Part shown: positions 1 to 11,051 of the stretch, one piece after another
Numbering within the stretch: position 1 is the stretch's first letter
How the letters are laid out: each line of letters starts with the position of its first letter
Assembly: GCA_036867785.1 (NCBI GenBank)
Contig: CP145411.1
Coordinates: 1,488,001 to 1,552,000 of the forward strand
Direction: 5' to 3'
Length of the DNA: 64,000 nt
DNA from: Plasmodiophora brassicae
Taxonomy: Eukaryota
Notes under the pieces: model-generated
Database searches by the model: none
Seen by the model: only the letters and a program-made list of their open reading frames with translations
What the model was told of the DNA's origin: nothing
Translations under genes and position numbers: made by a program

Positions 1-22
1 GGGTGGCGGTTCTAGACACGCT

Positions 23-900
23 TTATAGCGGTACGAGGGCGCGTTCCGAAGACCTAGCCGCCGCCGCCGCCGTCTTGAGCGTACTCAGGGTCGTCTGCGG
101 GGGCGTCAGCCAGATGGGCGCAGGTTCAACGTGCAATGGGTTCGTGGCGCCGACAACGGGGGTGGCCAGATGACGGGACAGGATCATCGGGCTCATGGTC
201 GGCGTTGGCATCATTGGCATCGGGTGCGGGGACCCGGCCAGCCACAACGCGCTTTCCAGGATCGGCGACGACTGGAAGTACACCAGGGATGACGCCACCT
301 CGATGGACACCTCGTACAGCGACTTGATTGCATAGATGTTCGGGTTCGCCGGCGTCGGCGGGTCGCATCGGCGAACCTTGGCGGCGTTGTCATGCCGCGC
401 TGGCACCGGATCGCTGCCTCGCGAACGTCGCCGTCGCCCACTGATGACCTGCTTGGCGACTTCCCTGGCGACCGCGTTCGTGTTTGGTGACGTGGACACT
501 GCTTTCCTTCTGACCTTGTCTGAGCCACGACGGTGTTATGAGCGCCACGACAGGCACACGTTCGGGACGTACCGATGTAGTCGACGCAGGGTTGCGAATA
601 GTTGTGGAACCCGAGGTGGCGGAACGCGAACAGGATGTCGTCGCTCTCGATGGTCGACTCAGGGCGCCCGTGGTCCGATGCTTCGCTCGTCAGGAAGCAG
701 ATGAACTCGCAGACGCACCGCTGCACGGCACGTTCCGCATCCGTCGACACGGACGCGCCCGGCGGCAGCGCGCGTCTCATGACCTCGGCGATCTTCTCCA
801 CCGGCAGCAACGGGTCGTCGTCGTCGCCGTGCGCGTCGGCAACACCGGCGAACGACATCAGCGCGGCGCACGCCTCGTCGTCGACGACTTGTGCCATCAT
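23..900 (-). CDS. Histone-fold protein of the NF-YB/Dr1 (CBF-A) type, 2 exons, with a Pro-rich C-terminal extension
   Basis: LLPVEKIAEVMRRALPPGASVSTDAERAVQRCVCEFICFLTSEASD...TIESDDILFAFRHLGF matches the NF-YB/NC2beta fold. A GT-AG intron at 520-572 joins ORF 211..900 to ORF 23..499 in frame (YI-D-KVRRKAVST). Confidence 0.8.
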
Positions 901-1663
901 GGCGCGCGTCCGGAGCGTAACACGTTATGTGGACAAATGGGCCACCCCTGCCGGCCCATTGGGGACCCCACGGGATCCGTGGCGGACTCCGCGGCGCGAT
1001 CATCACCGCCGCCCCCTCCCCCCTGGGACGCCATTCCCGGACACACACCAGCCCCAGGCCGCGCATCTTGCCAACCCGGGGGACGGTAACCTACGTACCA
1101 ACGCCGCCGACGCCGACGTCGTGCACGTCACCCGTCCGTCCCTGCGCGTCGACCGAGCGTTAGGTAGCGGTCGTCGAAGATGGTGTTGCCAATGGTCGGC
1201 AGGAGGTTAGCGAGGTGGGCGTCGCGTGACGTCGGCGTCGTTGACGCGAGGGGAGCATTTATAGCTCCGGAGGGGTCCGAATCGGGGTGCATCGGCTGAG
1301 AGGGTTGGGAACAGCCGCCCGGTTCGTTTCGCGGTGGGTGGCAGTCGCCAGCTCTGTCTGCCGCGGTCGCGATGTTCTAGGACCGAGCAGCATTGGGCAG
1401 CACAACGCGAGACCCAAGTGAACCTGCGGGCCACTCTGATGGGCCCCGTAGCACAGTGACGTGCCCAGCCGCCCAACAACCCGATATACCTGGCCCGGTT
1501 TGCTGCTGCCTCCACCAACCGCCTTCGTGTCTAAGGACGTTCGGCTAGCGCTGCCCATGACATCATGCTCTTAATAATCGGGACGAGCCTGTAGCAATTG
1601 GGGAGCTGGTCCTGGGAGTTTCTTGGCATTACAGCAGGATGTTACGTCCCGTCGTGTGGTTGG

Positions 1664-3041
1664 TTACGCGTTGAACACGTCATGTTCAGTCGCGCGACGT
1701 CGAGACGAACAGTCGTAGATGACGGCCAATGTCATTAGTAACACAGCGAGGGCAACGGTGACGGCGCCCGCCATGATGGGCAGACGATACTCTGGGGCGA
1801 CGTAGAGGCGCGGCAGGGGTTTCGAATTGAGAAGACGTTGGTCGTTGGTTGGTGCTGGTTCTGCCCTAGATGCGTAGCGAGCTCCCAGACCGAACCCAGC
1901 GGCAGCAGTGGCAAGGCTCGCCACCAACAGCGGCTTCGATGCCGCCTGACGTTTGTTTTGGTCGATCGCCGGCACTGACCTCGACCACCGGGTGGTAAGC
2001 AACCGCATTACTGCAGCGACCCCGGTAGAAACGAACAGTCCCGTCGTCAACGAATTCTTCTACAGTGCCACTGTGAGAGGCGGGAGATGCACGTCACGTT
2101 TCGTAACGTACCTGCCAGGTCAGTGTTGCAACCTGCGCTGACAGATTATCCAGAGCCTGTGCTTGGCTGGTGACATTGACACGTAGAGAGTTGCGTTCGT
2201 TTGTTATCGCTTGTAGCGCATGTTTCTGATTGGACGACTCCTCTTCGAGGCGTTCAATTGTTGACGATAGCTCAGCCACCTGACGTCGCTCCTCGGACAG
2301 GTTGCCCTCGGTCAGCCGCATACAGGTCTCCGCATCAGAGCTCGTTTGGTAGCCGCTCTTCAGGACGTCATTCCTCTACGACGGGCTTACATCAGTGGCA
2401 TGGAAGGAGCAGCAATATGCCCAGGTAAACGGGACCTTGATGTATATCTCTTGTTTACGTTTCGACCGTTGTAGGGGCAAATTGCTGTACACGACGTATT
2501 CGCATTGTTTGTACTACAGACAAGAGGGCTCACTACCGGAACGCACGGGATAGACCCTACACGTAGCAGGACTGACCTCCATGGACACAGTAACACGTTT
2601 TGCAACCCGCTGACGAAAGACAATCTTGATATCGGACGGTACCGGGTCGCCTTCCGGACCGACATCGAACTCGAACCTATCCAACATACTCGGTAAGGCC
2701 ATTCCGCAGGATTACATTCTCAACGCAACCGACCTCATCCAATATTTCCCGTTGTCAGCATAGGCACACAAACCAGGCACCGAGGTAGTATTGTGGTAGT
2801 ACTGCTCATAACGCAATCCGCGATTTTCACCCGACCCGTATGCACGTCTACAGAGCATCGCATCGGATGTGCTGCCTGATCCATATCTGATGAACTTGAT
2901 TCTGGATAAGGTCCACCAGCGGTCTGGATCGACAAGGCCGGCACGCTCGATCTTCAAGGTCACCGTATCGGCCCCTGCAGACTGGCGATCCGTCAACAGT
3001 AACGCACAGGCGACCACCAGGCCCAACAATCCAGCAGCCAT
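1664..3041 (-). CDS. Secreted/membrane-anchored coiled-coil family protein, copy 1 (5 exons, short stalk)
   Basis: Exons 3041-2734, 2676-2577, 2513-2436, 2375-2112 and 2059-1664 splice in frame via GT-AG introns. Signal peptide MAAGLLGLVVACALLLTDRQSAGA, head ...DNGKYWMRFEFDV...YKQCEYVVY, 88-aa coiled-coil exon, C-terminal TM LPIMAGAVTVALAVLLMTLAVIY. Confidence 0.85.
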
Positions 3042-3249
3042 TGATTGCGGGCGCAGACGCTAGGCGCCTTCCCGTACGGCAGCCACGAGTTGCCGAATCG
3101 ACAGAGGTTCGTTTCCAATTAAGCCGCAGAGCTCGGGTCCGACGAGCCCGATTTAGTCTTCGGTACCGCAGTAAACGCACGGTACCCGCCGGACCCACCA
3201 CGTCCACCCTGGTCGTTCGAGGCGCGCGGGTATCGCGAGCGGCGAAGTT

Positions 3250-3955
3250 TCCCTGTTTCATAGCGGACCTCCTTAGGATTCTGCCAGCATGCCCCGCGAT
3301 GATTCTGCTGGAGGCTCGATTTCGAATGCCTGCTGTGTACAATGCCGCTGCGGTACGAGGTCTGACGTCTGGGGCCACGTTCAGTAGGCGGTGTTGATCA
3401 CAATAGAACCTGCGGGATCAACGGAAACGGCATCTGCATGACTACTGGCGATCATCGTCGACAGTGCCTTCCGTTGAAGCAGCAGACGTCGACGGATTAA
3501 CGACGTACGACGAAGCGGGCATTGGGGTGCATCGGAAAGGCCAGTCGAAGGTTGACAAGCGCGCAACGTGCCCTTGTCGACGAGGCATGGTTCCGCCTGA
3601 CTGTTCCCTGTTTCATCAGGATCTTGCCCGGCATGGGCGACCCGTTGGTTCTGCTGGCGCCTCAGGTGCCTGCTGTGTACAACGGTCAATGCGGAAGAGG
3701 TACGAGATCTGACATCTAGTCGCCACGTGAAGTAGGCGGACGTTGATCAGAACAAGACATGTGGGTGCTAAGGAAACGGCATCTGTACAACGACTGGCCG
3801 TCATCGTTCGACAGCGAAATCCGTTGAAGCAGCAGACGGTGTTGAATGATAAGTAACAATGTACGAAGGAGCTGACATTCGGGAGCAGCTGAAGGCCATT
3901 CGAAGGGTGGCAAGCGCACCATTTCGACGAGGTATGTCTCCGCCTCACTGTTCTT
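3250..3955. repeat. Local ~355-bp direct duplication inside the first spacer
   Basis: ccctgtttcat, gcctgctgtgtacaa, ggaaacggcatctg, ccgttgaagcagcagacg and cgacgagg..tg...cgcct.actgttc each occur twice, about 355 bp apart. Confidence 0.75.
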
Positions 3956-4579
3956 ACATCAGAGATTCGGAAATAGGCCGATGCCCACTCGTTCTGGCAG
4001 CTGCAGGGCCTGGTCCTGCTCTGAGTTCTGCCCTTGCTTTGAAACGCAGTCGCAATCTGCGTTCTCAAGCGGGTTTCGCCGTCACCTGACTTCGGCATTG
4101 TCGACGGCTCGACGCAAGGAGGCCGCCTATTGCTCCTGTTGGGCCCGAATCGAGTGCATCGGCTGGGGCGTTGGGAACATTGCCCGCCTCGTTCGCAGTG
4201 GGTGGAAGTTGCCAGGTCTGTCTGGCACGTTCACGATGTTCAAAGGCCGATCGCCATACAAACGCCTAGACCTACGCTGACCGTTGATGCTGCGGGCCAC
4301 TCTGGTGGGCCCCGTATCACAGTGACGTGCCCAGCCGGCGCTGAAAAGCCCAATAGACACTCTGCAGACCGAACAGCTGCGGTAGCCTCCCACCTACCGT
4401 CTTCGTGCCTACTAGGGACGCATACGATGACCATCCGGCTAGTGCTGCCCATGATCTCACGAGCCTTATCGTCGGAACGAATCTGTAGGGGAACAAACTT
4501 GCGTTTTATGGTATTGGGGAAATGCGCTTGCGAACTTGTTGGCGCCACAGCAGTATGCTACGGCCGGTCGTGTGGTGGG

Positions 4580-6055
4580 TTACGCGTTGAACACATCATG
4601 GTCAGTCGCGCGGCGTCGAGACGAACAGTCGTAGACGACGGCCACTGTCATCAGTAGCACAGCGAGGGCGGCGGTGACGGCGCCAGCCATGATGGGCAGG
4701 CGATACTCTGGTGCGACGTAGAGGGGCGGCAGGGGTTTCGAGTTGAGAAGACGTTGATCGTTGATTGGTGCTGGTTCTGACGTAGACGCGTAGCGGGCTG
4801 CCAGACCGATGCCAGCGGCAGCAGTGGCAAGGCTCGCCACCAACAGCGGCTTCGATGCCGCCTGTCGTTTGTTTTGATGGTTCGCCGGCACTGGCCTCGA
4901 CCGCCGGGCGGTAAGCAACCCCATTACAGGAACGGCCCCGGTAGAGACGATCAGTCCCGCGGTCAACGAGTTCCTCTACAGTGCCATTATGTGAGATGCG
5001 GGAGATGCATGTCACGTTCGAAACGGACCTGCCAGGTCAGTCTTGCAACCTTCGCTGCCAGCTTATCCAGAACCTGTCCTCGAACAGTCAGGTTCGCGAT
5101 TTCGCTTGCTTGACGATCGCTAGTATTGCGCAGGACAGCGCTTTCCCCATCGAGTAACGTCACCTGGTCAGTTAGACTCGCGACCAGTCCTGCTTGGCTG
5201 GTGACAATGGCAGGTAGAGAGTCGCGCTCGTCTGTCATCACTTGTAGTGCGTGTTTCTGCTTGGACGCTTCCTCTTCGAGGCGTTTAATTGTTGACGACA
5301 GCTCAGTCACCTGATGTCTCTCATCGGACAGCTTGTCCTCGGCCCGCAGCTTGCAGGCCTTCGCATCAGAGCTCGTTTGGTAGATGCTCTTCAGGACATC
5401 GTTCCTCTACAATGCGCTTACGTCAGTGGCATGGCTGAAGCGGCAGCATGCTCTGATAAAAGGGACCTTGACGTATATCTCATGTTGTTTCTTTGAAATG
5501 TTTAGGGGCAAATTGTTGTACACGACGTATTCGCATTGATTGTACTACAATCAGGAGCGCTCATTACCGGAACGCACGGGATAGACCCTACGTAGCAGGA
5601 CTGACCTCCAAGGACACGGTCACACGCTTTGCGCCGCATTCATTATGTTCAAAGTCGATCTTGATATCGGACGGTACCGGGTCGCCGTGCGGAGGGACAT
5701 CGAACTCGAACCTTATCCACAATACTCGGTAAGGCCATTCAACGGATTACATTCTCAACATTGCCGACCTCGTCCAAACCGTCCCGTTGTCAGGATAGGC
5801 AAACAATGAATCCACCGAGGTAGTATTGCAGTACGTTCCGTGTGCGTCTCCAGAGTGGTATGTACGTCTCCAGACCATCAATTCGGATGTGCTACCAGGC
5901 CCGTATCTGGTGAACTTGACATCGAACAAGCTCCACCGTTCCGAAACGATAAGGTCGGAACCCTCGATCTTCCAAGTCACCGTATCAGCTCCTGCAGACT
6001 GGCGATCGGTCAACAGCGCACAGGCTACCACCAGGCCTAACAATCCAGCGGCCAT
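4580..6055 (-). CDS. Secreted/membrane-anchored coiled-coil family protein, copy 2 (5 exons)
   Basis: Same exon plan as copy 1. Exon 2 FEFDVPPHGDPVPSDIKIDF, exon 3 YNQCEYVVYNNL, stalk exon 5406-5029 (126 aa), last exon ends in TM + DHDVFNA. Confidence 0.85.
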
Positions 6056-7379
6056 TGGTCGCGGGCGCAGCCGCTAACCGCCTTCCAGTACGGCAGCCAC
6101 GACTCGCCGAATCGGCAGACGTTCGTTTCTAATTTAACAGCAGAGATCTCGGGTCCGACGTGCCCGATTTAGACGTCGGTGGTATTTCTGGCGGCGAAAT
6201 CGCCCTGTTTCATAGCGGACGTCCTCATAGCGTATGTCAACACGCCCAGTAGAAGTGACCCGTTGTTCGTGCTGGCCCAGCGACTTCGACTGCCAGTTGT
6301 GTACAGTGCCGCAGAGGTACGTTGTCTGATATCATGTGCCCATGTCCAGTGGGCGGACGTTGATCACAAGAAGACAAGAGGAAACGGCATCTGTGTGGCG
6401 GCTGGCCATCATCGTCGACGGCGACGTCGTTGAAGCAATAGACGTCGATGGGACTCAGCCGTGGCACTAACGATGTACGAAGGAGCTGACGTTCGCGGCA
6501 GAGGAAAGGCCAACCGAAGGATGACCAGTGCAGTGCCGCCATGTCGACGAGGTATGGCACGTCCTCACTGGCATCACTTCAGAGATACGGGACTGATGGA
6601 CACCCGTTCAGCCAGCTGCAGGGGACATAGCGCCAGGACGACCCCGGCGAAATGAGATCGACATGAGGTGTCGATGCCACGACAGTGGCCCATGTCGGCG
6701 GCGCCATCGTCCGACGCCCAGTGCCGGTTTGCTAGTGGTACGCGCAATACTGGACATAGATGTTCGTGCTGGCTTCTTGTTCTGTCGAAACGTCAGCCCG
6801 TATCGTATCGGTCGCCACGTGGTAGGTGTCACCTGCTTCGATGCGATTGAAGATGATGGCGTTGCCAGCGCGGCTGGGTGTTGGCGTTCTGAAGCGTGGT
6901 CGGCGTCGCGCAACATCGGCATCGTCGTCCCAAGAGTTCCCTTAAAGCTTCTGAAGCGTCCCGAATCGGGCGCATCGGCTGAGGCGATGGGCATATGCGT
7001 TCGGGCCGTTCGGGGTGGGTGGCAGTCGCCATATCTGTCTGGCACGTTCCGACACCGCTGACAGTTCATGCTGCGGGCCGCTCTGCCGATTCATATCGGC
7101 GTGCCTGGCCGCCCACCGGCCCCTATAGACCTGATCCTGTTCACTGCTGTCCAGGTCGTGCAGGCTGCAGCCGGCGACCCCACCACCGCCTTCGAGCCCA
7201 AGCACGCGCTCGTTGACGACCGCCCTGTTCAAGCGGCTAGAGCTGCCTATGGTCTCATGCTACGAATCAGAACGCGCCTCCAGACAAACAAATTCAGCGC
7301 TTTGGTGTATTGCATTGGCAATTGGGCTTGCGAGCGTCGTGGCATGACAGCCGTTTGTACGTCCGGGTCGTGCGGTGGG

Positions 7380-9786
7380 TTACACGTGAAACACGTCATG
7401 GTCGGGCGCACGGCGCCGAGACGAACAATCGTAGATGACGGCCAACGTCATCAGTAGCACAGCGAGGGCAACGGTGACGGCGCCTGCCATGATGGGCAGA
7501 CGATACTCTGGTGCGACGTAGAGGCGCGGCAGAGGTTTCGATTTGAGATGACGTGGATCGCCACTTGGTGCTGGTTCTGCCGGAGATGCGACGTAGCGAG
7601 CTCCCAGACCGATGCCAGCAGCCATAGAGGCAAGGGTCGCCACCAGAAGCGATTTCGATGCCGCCTGTCGCTTGTTCGGATCGTTCGCCGGCACTGGCCT
7701 CGACCGCCGGGCGGTAAGCAACCCCGTTACAACAGCGGCCCCGGTAGAAACGAACAGTCCCGCCGTCAACGAATTCTTCTACAGTGCCACTGTGAGAGCC
7801 GGGAGATGAATAAGATGTCACGGTCCAAACGTACGTGCCAGGTCAGTGCTGCAACCTGCGCTGACAGACGGGTCGCATTGACGAGGGAGCGATTGCACTC
7901 TTCGCGGAGACACACGCCCTGCCTTTCCAGTTCCGTGACCTTGATGTTCAGGTTCGCGATATGATTTGCCTCACGGGCGCGTTTCGTAAGGAAGTCCTTG
8001 CGCTCATCTTGCAGGGCCAAGACGCGGCTGTTCAGCGTTGCAATGACATTTGCCATGCGCGTGCCGTTCGCGAGGAGCCGGGACCGTTCTTCCCGTAGGC
8101 ATGCGCGTTCTCCTTCCACTTCCACGACATGGGTATTCAGGTTCGCGATCTCCCCTGCCTGGCGAGTGCTGCTGGCAAGGAGCATGGAGCGTTCTCGCTC
8201 CAGAACCGAAACTTGGTCATTCAGGTTTGCGATATCGATTGCTTGGTTGGTGGCGTTGGCGAAAAGACAGGCATGCTCCTGCCTCAGTGTCCAAAGAAGG
8301 TCGTTCAGCTTCGCGGTCTGGTTCGCTTGGCGGGTAAGGTTGGCAAGAACGCATGCCTGACGAGCGCCTTTCGTAAGGAAGTCTTTGCGTTCCTTTTGCA
8401 GGGCCACGACGCGGTTGTTCAGAGTTTCAATAACATTTGCCTGGCGCGTGCCGTTCGCGATGAGTCGGGACCGTTCTTCCCGAAGGCACGCGCGTTCTCC
8501 TTCCACTTCCACGACATGGGTATTGAGGTTCGCAATCTCCGCTGCCTGACGGGTGCTGCTGGCGAGGAGCTTGGTGCGTTCTTGCTCCAGAACCGTGATT
8601 TGGTCATTCAGGTTTGCGATATCAGTTGCTTGGTTGGTGCTGTTGGCGAGAAGACAGGCGTGCTCCTGTCTCAGTGTCGAAAGAAGGTCGTTCAATTTCT
8701 CGGTCCCATTCGCTTGGCAGGTAAGGTTGGCAAGTACGCAGGCCAGCGTTTGGCGTAGGCATTCGCCTTCGTCATCTAGAGTCAGTACTCGTTCACTCAG
8801 GTTTGCGATAACGAATGCTTGACGAATGCTATCATTGCGCATGAGGGCGCGTTCCCCGTCAAGTAATGTCACCTGGCCAGTTAGACGCGTGATTAGTCGT
8901 GCTTGGCTGGTGAAATTGGCACGTAGAGAGCTGCGTTCGTCTTTGATCGCTTGTAGTGCTTGTTTCTGCTTGGAAGATTCCTTTTCGAGGCGCTCAATTG
9001 TTGCCGATTGCTCAGTCACCAGACGTCTCTTCTCGGACAGCTTGCTGTCGATCAGCAGCTTGCAGGACTTCGTCTCAGCGCTCGTTTGGTAGACGCTCTT
9101 CAGGACATCATTCCTCTGCAACGCGTTGACGTGAGTGGAATGGAAAGAGCAGGATATTGCCCAGGTAACGGACCTTGATGTAGATCTCCTGTTCATCGTC
9201 TGGATCACCTAGGGACATATTGTTGTACACGACGTATTCACATTGTTTGTACTACAACAAGAGGGCTCATTACCGGTACGCACGGGATAGACCCTACGTA
9301 GCAGGACTGACCTCCAAGGACACGGTCACACGTTCTGCGGGGCCTACCAGCGGATCCCACTGATTAAAGGTGATCTTGATATCGGACGGTACCGGGTCGC
9401 CATCCGGAACGACATCGAAGTCGAACCTTATCCAACATATTCGGTAAGGTCATTTCGCAGGATTACATGCCCAACGCTGCCGACCTCATCCAATATTTCC
9501 CGTTGTCCGAATAGGCAATCAAACCAGGCACCGACGTAGTATTGTGGTACTGATCATAACACAATCCGCTTTTTTCTCCCGACCGGTATGCATGTCGACA
9601 GAGCATCGCTTCGGATGTGCTGCCGTATCCATATCTGATGAACTTGATATTGAATAAGGACCACCAGCGATCTGGATCGACAAGGTCGGCACCCTCGATC
9701 TTCCAAGTCACCGTATCAGCCCCTGCAGACTGGCGATCTGTCAACAAAGCACAGGCGATCACCAGGCCTAACAATTCAGCAGCCAT
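7380..9786 (-). CDS. Secreted/membrane-anchored coiled-coil family protein, copy 3 (5 exons, long stalk)
   Basis: Same exon plan. Stalk exon 9115-7835 (427 aa) has an internal 387-nt duplication and many N-x-S/T sequons. Confidence 0.85.
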
Positions 9787-11051
9787 TGATTACGGGTGCA
9801 CACGCTAATCGCCTTCCAGTACGGCAGCCACGACGTGCCGAATCGAGAGACGTTCGCTTCAAATTTATCAGCAGAATCTCGGGGCCGACGTGCCCGATTT
9901 AGACGTCGTCGGTAGATCCACCGCGTCCATCAGTCGACCGTTCGAAGCACGCGGGTATCGCTGGCGGCGAAATCGCCCTCTTTCATAACGGACGTCCTCA
10001 GCGTATGTCAGCATGCCCAGCAGAGGTGACCCGTTGATCGTGCTGGCCCAGCGACTTCGATTGCCAGTTGTGTACAGTGCCGATGAGGATCGAGATCTGA
10101 TTTCATGTGCCCACGTCCAGTAGGCGGACGTTCATTATAAGAAGACAAGGGGAAACGGCATCTACATGGCGGCAGGCCATCATCGTCGACGGCGACGTCC
10201 GTTGAAGCAATAGACGTCGATGGGACTCAGCCGTGGCACTAACGATGTTCGAAGGAACTGACGTTCGCGGCAGAGGAAAGGCCAACCGAAGGATGACCAG
10301 TGCAGTGCCGCCATGTCGACGAGGTATGGCATGTCCTCACTGGCTTCACTTCAGAGATACGGGATTGGACTGATGTCCACCCGTTCAGCCAGCTGCAAGG
10401 GACACAGCGTCCGGAGGATTCCGGCGAAAGGAGATCGACGTGAGGTGTCGATGTCACGACAGACGCCCATGTCGGGGGCGTCATCGTCCGACACCCAGTT
10501 CCCGTGTGCTAGTGATACGCGCAATACTGGACATCGATGTTCGTGCTGACGATGGTGTTGCCACCGCGGCTGGGCGTGGGCGTTCTGAAGCGTGGTCGGC
10601 GTCGCGCAACATCGGCATCGTCGTCCCCAGGGGACCTTTAATGCTCCTGAAGCGTCCCGAATCGGGCGCATCGGGTGAGGCGGTGGCAACGTGCGTCCGG
10701 GTCGTTCGGAATGGGTGGCAGTCGCCATATCTGTCTGGCACGTTCCGACGACGCTGACCGTTCATGCTGCGGGACGCTCTGCCGATTCATATTGACGTGC
10801 CTGGCCGCCCACCGGCCCCTATAGACCTAATCCTGCTCGCTGTTGTCCAGGTCGTGCAGGTTGCGGCCGGCGCTCCCACCACCGCCGTCGAGCCCAAGCA
10901 CGCGCTCGTTGACGACCGCCCTGTTCAAGGGGCTAGCGCTGCCTATGGTCTCATGCTACGAGTCAGAACGCGCCTCCAGACAAACAAATTCAGCGCTTTG
11001 TTGTATTGCATTGGGAATTGGGCCGTTTGTACGTCCGGGTCGTGAGGTGGG

